Shown here: positions 36,733 through 45,500 of the stretch, piece after piece
Position numbering within the stretch: the first letter of the stretch is position 1
How the letters are laid out: the number at the start of each line of letters is the position of its first letter
DNA from: Chthoniobacterales bacterium
GTDB lineage: Bacteria; Verrucomicrobiota; Verrucomicrobiia; Chthoniobacterales; JACTMZ01
Direction of reading: 5' to 3'
NCBI GenBank assembly: GCA_044371145.1
Contig: JBILUI010000001.1
Coordinates: 3,497 to 67,496 of the forward strand
DNA: 64,000 nucleotides
Notes under the pieces: generated by a model
The model's database searches: none
Told to the model about the DNA's origin: nothing
What the model saw: the letters and a program-made list of their open reading frames with translations, nothing else
Translations under genes and position numbers: made by a program

Positions 36733-37708
36733 TTGCGCGTTCCAAGGAGGCGCGCCAATGCGCCGCGGTCTTCTTCAGGACAAAAGAAAAAGAGTCGCCC
36801 AGTTTCAGTTCGCGGCACTGGCTCGGTTCAAATGCGGCGCGGTCGGCTGGCCGGCAATAGGGAAGAACCCGCTTGAAAATGTGATCAGGCAACCAACTGA
36901 GATTGAGCGTGACCAGCCGAACGGGCGCATCGTTGTCGGCCAGAAAAGCGAAGGCTCCTCCCCGCCGGTCGAGCGCAACTTTTTTGACCGGTATCCTGCC
37001 GGAAACCTTGCCGCGCGCCGGCACAAAGCCCGTGACCATGGCTAGCGCATCATCAAATAACTCCCCGTTACGCGGTTCTCCCAAGGCGCAAGTCCGGGTT
37101 TTGCGCAGATCGCGGAAGTGCTGCCAAGCGTCCATTTCATTGAAGGCCAGCCCGGAATGTCTGGCCAGCCTCTCGCTTTGTGCGGCAAGGAATTTATCGT
37201 CGCTGTAGAGGCGGAGAATATGTGAGGTGAATTCCCCGACAACGGGCATCGAGTTCACAAGACCGTTCAGGCAGCACCCTCTGCACTGCTCCGTTGCCTC
37301 GAAGGACGCCAGCGCCTTTTCTGAGGGCAGCAAGTCGGCCGCCACCATGGTATCGGAATCGAACGTCCAGAACCGCGCGATGCCGGACGCCCGGGCAAAC
37401 TCTTCGAGAAAGAACCATCGTTCGAAGACAAAACCAAGCCAATGTGCCGTTCCGCCGTGCTTTTTGAAGTGATGTCGCTTCCCCTCGATGGGCCGGAAGA
37501 CCTGACGGAAGCGATGCAGCTTCGGCGAAACCTCCAGCGAAGCGAACGGCAGAAAATCCACGCCGTTAGGAACGAATTGTTTGTTCGTGTCGTCCCCCAG
37601 GAAATAAATTTTTTTTCCCGGATTGCTCTGCACAGCCGCCCGCAGGGTCCACCACAGATAGCGGGATGGACCGTAATGGATAAAGACAATCGGCGCGTCG
37701 TTAACCAT
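36710..37708 (-). CDS. Hypothetical protein, possibly GT-A-like
   Basis: 332-aa ORF starting MVNDAPIVFIHYG, with a WTFDSDTMV (DxD-like) segment. No family recognised. It overlaps the convergent methyltransferase by 23 nt. Confidence 0.5.
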   Translation of the reverse strand: MVNDAPIVFIHYGPSRYLWWTLRAAVQSNPGKKIYFLGDDTNKQFVPNGVDFLPFASLEVSPKLHRFRQVFRPIEGKRHHFKKHGGTAHWLGFVFERWFFLEEFARASGIARFWTFDSDTMVAADLLPSEKALASFEATEQCRGCCLNGLVNSMPVVGEFTSHILRLYSDDKFLAAQSERLARHSGLAFNEMDAWQHFRDLRKTRTCALGEPRNGELFDDALAMVTGFVPARGKVSGRIPVKKVALDRRGGAFAFLADNDAPVRLVTLNLSWLPDHIFKRVLPYCRPADRAAFEPSQCRELKLGDSFSFVLKKTAAHWRASLERAIRPVCPA

Positions 37709-38945
37709 CGGAATGCCGCATCAAGCGACGAAAACACCTGGCGAACCACGGCTGCAGGACGGCTTCACGCTCCCTCTTCAAAATTTGTCTGCGCTCTTCG
37801 TGCACGCGGAGCGCGTGGTCGTTGGCGGGCACGAGTAGCGATGAGGATGCGGCCGAAGGGGCTGCTTCCATCAGGAGCGTCTCTTCCGCCGTGGCGGACT
37901 GCAGCAATCTCCACCCTTCTGACAGTCGATCGGACACAATGCCCGTCACGCAAACAGGTTCGGATAGATGGCACCGCCAGTCGCAACCCCGGCAAGGCAC
38001 ACGCGCAGTGAGCACAACCGAACGCGAACCGCGGGGTAAAAATCGCGGCCAGTGTCCCCCGCCGAAAACCGAAAGAACCGGGCGGCCAAGCGCGTTGGCC
38101 AAGTGCATCGGTCCGCAATCTTTTCCGACAAAGGCGTCGGAACCGGCTATGACACCACACAAGGCGGCGATGCGCTGGGTTTTCCCGGTCAAGTCGTGGT
38201 GCCGATGCGGATAGGCCATGCGCGACAGGATTTCGGCATGCGCTCGCTCCTCATCAGCACCGCCCACAAACACGAAAGGCAAACCGGTCAATGCCTCGAT
38301 TCCGCGGAGGGCCTCCGCCCAACTCCCGGTGCCCCAGCCGGCAAAGTAGTCGCCACGCCGGTAGCCTGCGCAGACGACGATATAATCGTCCGGCAAACCA
38401 GCGGGGCGCGGAAAGCCACCCGCCGAAGCAGCAAAGCGGAAAGGCCGAAGTTCTTCCGCCACGATCGGGCCAAGAAAATGTTCCGCCGCGAGACGGTTTC
38501 TCTCGAATTCGTTGTGCCCGGGTTCGACAACTACGGAAAAGTCATGGCAAGCAGCCAATTCGCGCGGATCCATGATACCCTCGCCCGGCCAGAAGCCTTC
38601 GGACAAACGGAAGCCGCCGATGAGACCTCTTTGCCTCTGCGCGACAAATTGTTCCTCGAGAAATGTTGGTTGCGAGGGACCGAAGAAAATCACTTCCGGG
38701 GAGAAACGACGCACCGCTTCGAGTTCGCGGCGGTAAGGGAAACGGCGACTGCGGGCCGTCTTGGAATACGGACTGAGCGACAAACAGACCGCATCGGCTT
38801 CCAAACCGGCCAATTCCGCCAATTCGACGGTCGGTTGTCTGGCCAAAAGCTGCAACTGCCAACCCGCCTTCTTCATGGCCAGAAGCCACGGCAAGCGGAT
38901 CAGGAAGTCGCCGAGTCCGTCGGGACTTGTCAGCGTCCACTTCAC
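37701..38945 (-). CDS. Glycosyltransferase family 9 (heptosyltransferase-like)
   Basis: N-terminal SPDGLGDFLIRLPWL and C-terminal FVGKDCGPMHLANALGRPVLSVFGG. The GTG at 38945 forms a GTGA overlap with the upstream stop. The ORF-track 590-aa version runs through the upstream gene. Confidence 0.8.
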   Translation of the reverse strand: MKWTLTSPDGLGDFLIRLPWLLAMKKAGWQLQLLARQPTVELAELAGLEADAVCLSLSPYSKTARSRRFPYRRELEAVRRFSPEVIFFGPSQPTFLEEQFVAQRQRGLIGGFRLSEGFWPGEGIMDPRELAACHDFSVVVEPGHNEFERNRLAAEHFLGPIVAEELRPFRFAASAGGFPRPAGLPDDYIVVCAGYRRGDYFAGWGTGSWAEALRGIEALTGLPFVFVGGADEERAHAEILSRMAYPHRHHDLTGKTQRIAALCGVIAGSDAFVGKDCGPMHLANALGRPVLSVFGGGHWPRFLPRGSRSVVLTARVPCRGCDWRCHLSEPVCVTGIVSDRLSEGWRLLQSATAEETLLMEAAPSAASSSLLVPANDHALRVHEERRQILKREREAVLQPWFARCFRRLMRHSDG

Positions 38946-40087
38946 AGTCCCGAGCGAACAGCCAGTTCGGAGGCAAAGCGTCCGTAGTTCAACTTGAAGA
39001 GCGCACGGGTATGCGCGGCTCTTGCGTGCTCCCATGCTGCGCGCGCGCGCGCCTCGATCTCGGTCGGGCTGAAAGCGGAAATGGTTGCCGCCGCAGAACG
39101 CACCGCCTCGACAGAACCTTCTTCGATGAGAACGCCAAAAGCACCCAAATCGACCGAAGACTCGTGTGTGCAGGCAGGAAGCAAACCGGCATGGAGGCAA
39201 TGTATCACACTGCCTGCACCTCCTTCGGCACAGGAAGGGTAAATGATGGTGCCGTGTGTCCGTGCTATTTGCCCGAAATCCGGAGAACCCATATCGAGCC
39301 AGCCGTGAAAGTGAATATTCGGAGAATGTCTGAGTTGTTTTTCGTAGAGCTTGTGGAAATCCGCTTCCTTCTCCGGGCGACCGCAAACCGTAAGCTGCAG
39401 GTCCGGGAGCGAGGCAAAGGCGTCGAGCACCAAGTCCAGGCCTTTGTGCACCATCCCGTAGCTGCCAACCCAAAGAAACTTGCGCCGCGCCTGTTCGAAG
39501 TCGCGGTCACGCGGCCATTCGAATTCGTAGGCCGAGGAAATGGGGATACGCATAACCGGCTTGCCGGTGAACAAAAAGCTTCCGGATGTGTAGTCGTTGC
39601 CCAAGACAACGATTCTGTCGACCAGTTCACTGCTCGCGCTGGGAACATTTTGCCTGCGCGGGCGCAAGGCGACGCCTTTTCTGTTGCGGACGCCCGAAAG
39701 GCGCGCCAACTCCGCCGTGTTCCAAGCAAGCCAATGCGATCCGGTGGCATGAAGTATCTTCATGCAGTCCGGGCGCAGCGCCGGCAACCATCTCTCCATG
39801 TCACCATGGAGATCGATAACCACCGCTGCATCGGGAGGAGGAAAGTAGCTCTCGTTGCGGTGGTCGACCACTTCCACACGGAAACCAAGGTCACGCCACG
39901 CTTCGGTCATCGCGACAACCTCGAAAGCGTTGGTATGACCCCTCGCCCGCGGCAAATCCCACCCTTCGCGGAGCGGCCACGAGATATAGGAAATCACCAC
40001 CGCACCCCGTGCCTTCGATGCGGGGGCCACGACAACGGGACGACGATTTTTACGATCTGCGAAAATTTTTCGGATTTGGTTGAGCAT
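38942..40087 (-). CDS. Glycosyltransferase, GT4-like
   Basis: FLWVGSYGMVHKGLDLVL and IIYPSCAEGGAGSVIHCLHAGLLP. I chose the ATG at 40087 (MLNQIRKIF). The ORF-track start 40225 overlaps the upstream gene. Confidence 0.75.
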   Translation of the reverse strand: MLNQIRKIFADRKNRRPVVVAPASKARGAVVISYISWPLREGWDLPRARGHTNAFEVVAMTEAWRDLGFRVEVVDHRNESYFPPPDAAVVIDLHGDMERWLPALRPDCMKILHATGSHWLAWNTAELARLSGVRNRKGVALRPRRQNVPSASSELVDRIVVLGNDYTSGSFLFTGKPVMRIPISSAYEFEWPRDRDFEQARRKFLWVGSYGMVHKGLDLVLDAFASLPDLQLTVCGRPEKEADFHKLYEKQLRHSPNIHFHGWLDMGSPDFGQIARTHGTIIYPSCAEGGAGSVIHCLHAGLLPACTHESSVDLGAFGVLIEEGSVEAVRSAAATISAFSPTEIEARARAAWEHARAAHTRALFKLNYGRFASELAVRSGL

Positions 40088-40154
40088 GGAGAACAGCGGT
40101 TTTTGCGGCTTATCGTGGATGAGGTTGACTGAGCGTACCCGAACTCCGGGCGTC

Positions 40155-41045
40155 TCAGCGCTGCAGCAGCGCCCTGACTTCCCGCATCCATCCGAGAAGG
40201 AATTCGACCGTCGAGATCGACGCACGGTTTAGAATCGATTGCCTCGCCCGCGCGAACTGCGGGCGCCATTGGCCGAGCTCAAGACACCGATTCGGGGCGC
40301 TATTGAGTGGCGGCGCAAATTCGCGCAGAGTTTCCGGGCGAATCTCGCGCAAGTCGGGCAGGAATAGCGCACCTGTGTCATGGAAGTGCGACATGGCCGC
40401 CGAATTCCGGATCACAGGTGTAGCGCCGCAGTAGAGGGATTCCCAGAACCGGTGTGTGTCCTCCCCGTTGCCGGGTGGACAGAGAACAAATTGGTGCGTG
40501 GACAAACTTCGCACATAATTCTCCTTGGCGCCCGGTCCGCCGTGGTCCGCGAAGTTGATCCAAGCTTGGGAGGATTCGCGCAGCCAAGCGGCCAGGGATC
40601 CGCGGGTCGCCTCGTTGCTGTGGGTGCTGAAGTTCGCGTAAAGCAGATTGACTCGCGGGAGACGCAGTTCGGCTGTTTGGCGAATCTGATCATGGGTCAC
40701 AGTCTTTTTGCCTCGCGCATTACCCAAGCCGAGGGGCAGCCCGCGGGCGGCCTGATTGTCCCGCACCTGCATGTTCGTGCCGAACCAGACGGCCACATGC
40801 GGCGGGCGGCGGCGCCAGAGAGCCGCATGCACGGGTTTGTCGCCTTCGCCCGTAACGAGAACGATACGTTTTCTGGTTCGGCGAAGGCTCCGGAAAAGCC
40901 GCCAGACTTCGTCTATCTTGCAAAAGACGATGTCGCCGTGACGGAAAGCCGGATCCTCGAAAGGCCGGAGGTCACTCCAAAAAGTGTGGTCGCAGAGGGA
41001 GCGAAAGGCATCCCCGCTAACCGGCTCGGCAATTTGTGGGCTCAA
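40155..41045 (-). CDS. Exostosin (GT47)-like glycosyltransferase
   Basis: YVRSLSTHQFVLCPPGNGEDTHRFWESLYCGATPVI matches the exostosin-domain C-terminal signature (F.LcP.G...s.R..E.l..G.iPVi). TTG start forms a TTGA overlap at 41042..41045. Confidence 0.7.
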   Translation of the reverse strand: MSPQIAEPVSGDAFRSLCDHTFWSDLRPFEDPAFRHGDIVFCKIDEVWRLFRSLRRTRKRIVLVTGEGDKPVHAALWRRRPPHVAVWFGTNMQVRDNQAARGLPLGLGNARGKKTVTHDQIRQTAELRLPRVNLLYANFSTHSNEATRGSLAAWLRESSQAWINFADHGGPGAKENYVRSLSTHQFVLCPPGNGEDTHRFWESLYCGATPVIRNSAAMSHFHDTGALFLPDLREIRPETLREFAPPLNSAPNRCLELGQWRPQFARARQSILNRASISTVEFLLGWMREVRALLQR

Positions 41046-42196
41046 TATTCTTTTTCCACCAGCAACTCGCGCGGCGAAAGCTCCGGATCGAGCGCCAGGG
41101 CCAGCGTTTTTTCCAACATCGCCGTGTCGATTTCGATGTCGAAATCGCGCGAGGCGTTCTCACCGAAAAGATGGTAGTGGCGCACGCCGCACAATGAAGC
41201 AACGCGATGGGCGGCATGGTCCCAGACCCTGGGGTTGAACGCCTCGATCAGGGCGCAACCCGAAGGGGCAAACAGCACGTTCATCGTCCCTGCGCCATGC
41301 ACACCGAAAATGGCTTCGGCATTCGAGAACAGCGCGACCTGAGCGGCAAAGTCCATCTCCTCGGTGAAGACTTCCTTGAAGCCGAAAGAAGCCAGGATCC
41401 TGTGCACCTCTTCGCTATTGATGATTTTACGCCTCGTGCGCTGCCGCGAGATATAGATTCGGCGCGGGCCTGATGGCGGGCCGGCGGCCTCGCGTAAGCG
41501 ATCGCGCACCCGGAGCAGAGGACGCGGGTCGGGCACGCCGCTCTTGCCGCAGGAGACAAAGCGGAGCTCGCGGAATCGCACAAGTTCCGTTGCGGGCTTG
41601 AGGACATTCGCGAGGCCAAGCAGGGAAACGCATTCCTCTTGGAAACGCGGCGAGGGTTTGTCGAGGACAACGAGCGCGGGGTCTCCGGCGGATAACGCAT
41701 CGGCTTTAGGCAAAGCATCCATGAGCCAGTGCGCGTAATTGTTCCCCCAGACGGTGCTCAACTTGAAGGCCGGTTCCTCGATGACAGGCGCTTCCTCGAG
41801 ACGCGTCGCCGCATGGCCCTCGTAAAGTGAAGGCAACGCATGAGAGGAGAAAGCGAGCACTTCGCGATCGGCGGTGATGACGAATCCCGAGGGAACATGC
41901 AGCCAGGCATCGCGGAGCACGAACTCGAAAGAAGGTGCGACCGGATAGGTCTCTCCCGTGTAAAGCCTCGCGTATTTGACGACGTCCCAAGCCCGTCGTT
42001 TTTTGACGAAAAAAACGGGTGGTTTTTCGAGAACGGCTTCGAGCGTCTGCGGGACGGCGATGGAAGGTTGCCTGCGGAAAGTCACACCTGTTTCGCGCGC
42101 TACTCCTTTGCCTTTACTCGCCAACTCAGCTGCGTCACGGACCACAGGCCAAGAACGTGCCTGCCGGCCAAAGTGCCAACTTTTCCAGGTTTTCAC
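41042..42196 (-). CDS. GT61/DUF563 family glycosyltransferase, copy 2
   Basis: NYAHWLMDALPK and RIYISRQRTRRKIINSEEVHRILASFGFKEVFTEEMDFAAQVALFSNAEAIFGVHGAGTMNVLFAPSGCALIE. The GTG at 42196 forms a GTGA overlap with the sulfotransferase stop; the ORF-track TTG is at 42208. Confidence 0.75.
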   Translation of the reverse strand: MKTWKSWHFGRQARSWPVVRDAAELASKGKGVARETGVTFRRQPSIAVPQTLEAVLEKPPVFFVKKRRAWDVVKYARLYTGETYPVAPSFEFVLRDAWLHVPSGFVITADREVLAFSSHALPSLYEGHAATRLEEAPVIEEPAFKLSTVWGNNYAHWLMDALPKADALSAGDPALVVLDKPSPRFQEECVSLLGLANVLKPATELVRFRELRFVSCGKSGVPDPRPLLRVRDRLREAAGPPSGPRRIYISRQRTRRKIINSEEVHRILASFGFKEVFTEEMDFAAQVALFSNAEAIFGVHGAGTMNVLFAPSGCALIEAFNPRVWDHAAHRVASLCGVRHYHLFGENASRDFDIEIDTAMLEKTLALALDPELSPRELLVEKEY

Positions 42197-42972
42197 GGAA
42201 GGTCCCAATCCTCTTTGCCCAGCCCGTAGCGCTGCGCCTGCTCCTCCAGAAAGATCTCATCTTCCTTGGTGAAATATTTTTTCCACTCCCCGGCGACGCC
42301 TTTTCGCGGCAGCACGGAAATGGCGTCATGTAAGCCCACCGCTTTCTGCCGCCAACGCGGCAGTGCTCCGGTCGATCGGCAGATGTCCCGCACCACGCGG
42401 CGAAAATCGCTCTTTATTTGCTCAAAACGGATCACGCAGATGTCTGGAACGGAAAGCCAACCGGAGACATGCGAGGCCCAACGGGCTGCCACGCTATCGA
42501 AACTTGCTGCGTCGGAAAAACCGTGCTTGAGGTAGTCGGTCAAAGGACGTCGCAAAAATTCCGCGAAGCTTTCGCAGCGCTGACTCTCGAGACCGGGATT
42601 GGTGCGATGGAGTTCGTCGCTGTTGAGGTAGTGGAAGAACGATACCAAGGTGTCTCGAGGATCACGCCAAACGTAAACCACCGGAGCCGCCGGATACCAC
42701 TCGCGGAAGAGATGAGCATCGGCGTGCGTCTTGACCAAACCTCCGCCATTCTTCCATAGGGGCCACTCGCGGCGGAAATCCTCGAGGTGCCGATGGCGAC
42801 TCTCAGGCCGGTCGTAGGGACCGAGCCAATCGCCGACGTAGCGCAAGTGCGGCCGGACGTAGGCGTTGGCAAAAATCGTATTGATCATGAAGTGCGTCCC
42901 GGATCTTTCGTGCGACACGACATAGAACGGTGTCTTCTTGCAGAGGATCCCGAAGATCAGCCGGTCGATCAT
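42193..42972 (-). CDS. PAPS-dependent sulfotransferase (Sulfotransfer_1/3-like)
   Basis: 5-prime-PSB loop YVVSHERSGTHF and 3-prime-PB motif VYVWRDPRDTLVSFFHY. I chose the ATG at 42972 (MIDRLIFGIL). The ORF-track start 43239 runs into the upstream GT2. Confidence 0.85.
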   Translation of the reverse strand: MIDRLIFGILCKKTPFYVVSHERSGTHFMINTIFANAYVRPHLRYVGDWLGPYDRPESRHRHLEDFRREWPLWKNGGGLVKTHADAHLFREWYPAAPVVYVWRDPRDTLVSFFHYLNSDELHRTNPGLESQRCESFAEFLRRPLTDYLKHGFSDAASFDSVAARWASHVSGWLSVPDICVIRFEQIKSDFRRVVRDICRSTGALPRWRQKAVGLHDAISVLPRKGVAGEWKKYFTKEDEIFLEEQAQRYGLGKEDWDLP

Positions 42973-43001
42973 GGATAACGCAGCTTTTTTTCCGCCGGCG
43001 C

Positions 43002-44120
43002 CTACCTCTTGCCGAAAGTGTCCATTCCCTTGCGGTAGAGAAAGACGCGCAAGTCGCGCAGGCCGCGACTCAAAGCGGAATTCAAGCGTTCGACGAAGGA
43101 CATCTGGTGGCGCGCGATCTTCTTTGCCTTGCGGTAAAGTGCCGCGTGGCCCGGCGAAGGGCAGGGAGCCGTGGAGAGTTCCAACTCTAAAAGTTTTCGC
43201 ATGCGCGACGGGGACCGCGGGACGCGATGCAACAGCCAATCTTCGATCGCATAGCGCTCCTTCAAGATTTGGTAGCGCGACGGCGACGTGAACTCTGCCG
43301 CCAAGTGCGCCGCGGCGCTACCCTTGCGGAGTCGATAACTAACCGTGCGTTCGGGGACATAGACCCGGCGACCGCCGCCTAAGGCGGAAGACATCAGCAC
43401 GACCTTGTCGGCGAAAGCCCGCACAAAAGGTCTCGCAGTTCGCGCAAACTCCTCCAGTTCGAGGCGTTTGGCGTGGTGGGCACGCAAAGAAAGAGTGGAG
43501 GTATTGTTGCCCAAGAAAAGATCGGGCAAGAAGTAAACCAAAGCCGTGCAGTATCCCCAATCATACGGTTTTTCCCAATCAATAGGGCCCAAAAGGCCCT
43601 TGAAGTCCATGGCCGATAAACTGCGCTTGAACGCGCCGATCAGATCACTGTCCCCGGTCATGGAGAAGCGGCAATAGATCAAATCAGCTTGGGGAAACTC
43701 ACTCCATCGGCGACGCATGGCCGCCAAATGACCGGGTTGGTAGCTGTCATCGCCATCGAGCAGTGTCACAATCTCCTGCCGCGAGGCCGATACGCCAGAC
43801 CCAATGGCCGCTGTTTGCCCGCGATTTTCGGTGTAGATGGTCTTTATGCAGGAGTGCCGGGCAGCCAATGCCCCGATGATTTCCCTCGAATTGTCGGTGC
43901 TCCCGTCATCGACGACGATGATTTCCTCCGGAGGTTCCGTCTGCGAGAGCACGCTTTCGATGCACTCGGCAATGTAACTTCCATTATTGTGGTTGTTGAT
44001 GAGAACTGCTATTGATGGATTGTGCACAGCGGTAATAGCCTTTCGGAACGGAATTTTGCTTTGGCAGACACGGAAAATAGAAAGAGCAGAGAAAACGCAG
44101 CACTGCTTGCGGTGCGACAT
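43002..44120 (-). CDS. Glycosyltransferase family 2
   Basis: IAVLINNHNNGSYI, IIVVDDGSTDNS and LLDGDDSY motifs. The C-terminal tail RVFLYRKGMDTFGKR is shared with the GT2 at 44304. Confidence 0.85.
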   Translation of the reverse strand: MSHRKQCCVFSALSIFRVCQSKIPFRKAITAVHNPSIAVLINNHNNGSYIAECIESVLSQTEPPEEIIVVDDGSTDNSREIIGALAARHSCIKTIYTENRGQTAAIGSGVSASRQEIVTLLDGDDSYQPGHLAAMRRRWSEFPQADLIYCRFSMTGDSDLIGAFKRSLSAMDFKGLLGPIDWEKPYDWGYCTALVYFLPDLFLGNNTSTLSLRAHHAKRLELEEFARTARPFVRAFADKVVLMSSALGGGRRVYVPERTVSYRLRKGSAAAHLAAEFTSPSRYQILKERYAIEDWLLHRVPRSPSRMRKLLELELSTAPCPSPGHAALYRKAKKIARHQMSFVERLNSALSRGLRDLRVFLYRKGMDTFGKR

Positions 44121-44175
44121 CGTAACAGAGCCCCATTAAAGCACGAGCAAGTCGCCGACATGATGCAGTCGCGGT

Positions 44176-44293
44176 CAAACATAAGTTTGGGAAAATACCT
44201 TGTGCATTTTGAAGTAGGTGCCGCGGCGCTCGTGGGAAACGATGTAAAACGGGGTTTTTCCCAAAGAAATTCGAAAACAATATCGTTGATCAT
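44176..44293 (-). pseudogene. Relic 5-prime end of a second sulfotransferase (frameshifted and truncated)
   Basis: ATG at 44293 reads MINDIVFEFLWEK. After a 1-nt shift in the run GGGAAAAACCCC it reads KTPFYIVSHERRGTYFKMHKVFSQTYV-stop (TGA 44178..44176). This parallels MIDRLIFGILCKKTPFYVVSHERSGTHFMINTIFANAYV of the intact gene at 42972. Confidence 0.6.
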
Positions 44294-44303
44294 CGCCGAC
44301 CGT

Positions 44304-45209
44304 CTACCGCTTGCCAAAAGTATCCAGTCCTTTGCGGTAGAGAAAAACGCGCACGGCGCGGAGAAGCCAATCGAACGCAGCGCGGACGGATAAATACCAA
44401 AAATCGCGACGTAACGGTGAGCCCCAATAACGAATTGCTCGCCGCCGTCTGGCGGCACTGTATTCGGCAAATCCTTTGCCTGTTTTTGCAGCTGGGTGAT
44501 AGTAAGATCCCGCCAATACTTTATCCACATTGACAAACTCAGCCTTACTCGACAAGCGTATCCAGTAGTCGAAATCCATGATCAAGTGCAAGTCTTCGTC
44601 TAGCATACCTACTCGCTCGGTAAGTTCGCGCCTCCAAAAAATTGCTGGCTGATGCATCCGGTAAGGCTTCCAGGTTTCAAGCAGTCTTCGTCGACTTATG
44701 TATTGTCCCTTTAGAACCGTTGAGTCGCGCCCGTCGGTATGGACTCTCAGAACATCACCTACTATAGCCGCAGGTTTCGGCTTTCGACAGAAGGTGCTTC
44801 CAACGAACATTAGCGTGCCGGTAAAGTAGAAGTCATCACTGTTCAACCAGCAAACGATCTCGCCTGTTGCTCGAGCAAGTCCTTTGTTGATGGCATGGCT
44901 CTGACCCCGATCAGGTTTGCTTTCCCACCAATCCAGCCACGGCGAATAGTGTTCTAGAATAAGTGTGCTGTCGTCCTTGCTGCCTCCATCAACAACAAAA
45001 TATTCCAGATTCGGATATCCTTGAAGGAGGACCGACCGAATGGTTGTCTCCAAAAACTCTGCTTGGTTGAAGGAAGGCGTGATAACAGTGATTCTCGGCC
45101 AAGAGTAATTCGTCTCTTCCAGTGGCGCGGCTTCAGATACCCATGGCCAGCATTCGCTGTCATGAACGCCTAGCCTCAGCGGCTCTGGCAAACTACGGTG
45201 CGATGGCAT
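44304..45209 (-). CDS. Glycosyltransferase family 2
   Basis: ITVITPSFNQAEFL, FVVDGGSKDDS, DRGQSHAINKG and WLNSDDFY motifs, the same subtype as 20225..21094. Visibly lower GC than the bulk of the locus. ATG at 45209; the ORF-track TTG is at 45212. Confidence 0.88.
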   Translation of the reverse strand: MPSHRSLPEPLRLGVHDSECWPWVSEAAPLEETNYSWPRITVITPSFNQAEFLETTIRSVLLQGYPNLEYFVVDGGSKDDSTLILEHYSPWLDWWESKPDRGQSHAINKGLARATGEIVCWLNSDDFYFTGTLMFVGSTFCRKPKPAAIVGDVLRVHTDGRDSTVLKGQYISRRRLLETWKPYRMHQPAIFWRRELTERVGMLDEDLHLIMDFDYWIRLSSKAEFVNVDKVLAGSYYHPAAKTGKGFAEYSAARRRRAIRYWGSPLRRDFWYLSVRAAFDWLLRAVRVFLYRKGLDTFGKR

Positions 45210-45500
45210 CAATTCAGACGGTCGGCAATTGAGTAAAATAAGTCATGCTGTTAGAAGTTCGTTTAATGGCACCGCAGGAGAGGGATACAGATTCGGAGCG
45301 AGAAAGCGTCGCCGTCCAACAAAGCCGCCACACTTTTTGATGAAGCTGATATGCAAGAGGCGACGAAGTATTCATAGTTGCTGATGGCCACGCTGATGGA
45401 GGGACGTTTGCTCATCTCAAATACGGAATCGTAGATTTCAAGCTACGATTAATCCGATGCTCCATAAGCCGCCTCGGTTCTTGGACGCATCGATGCGGTT

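Noticed and set aside
38946-39473. N-terminal ~175 codons of the 590-aa ORF-track entry 37701..39473
   Set aside because: They lie inside the GT4-like gene 38942..40087 in another frame. The GT9 homology begins exactly at the GTG at 38945.
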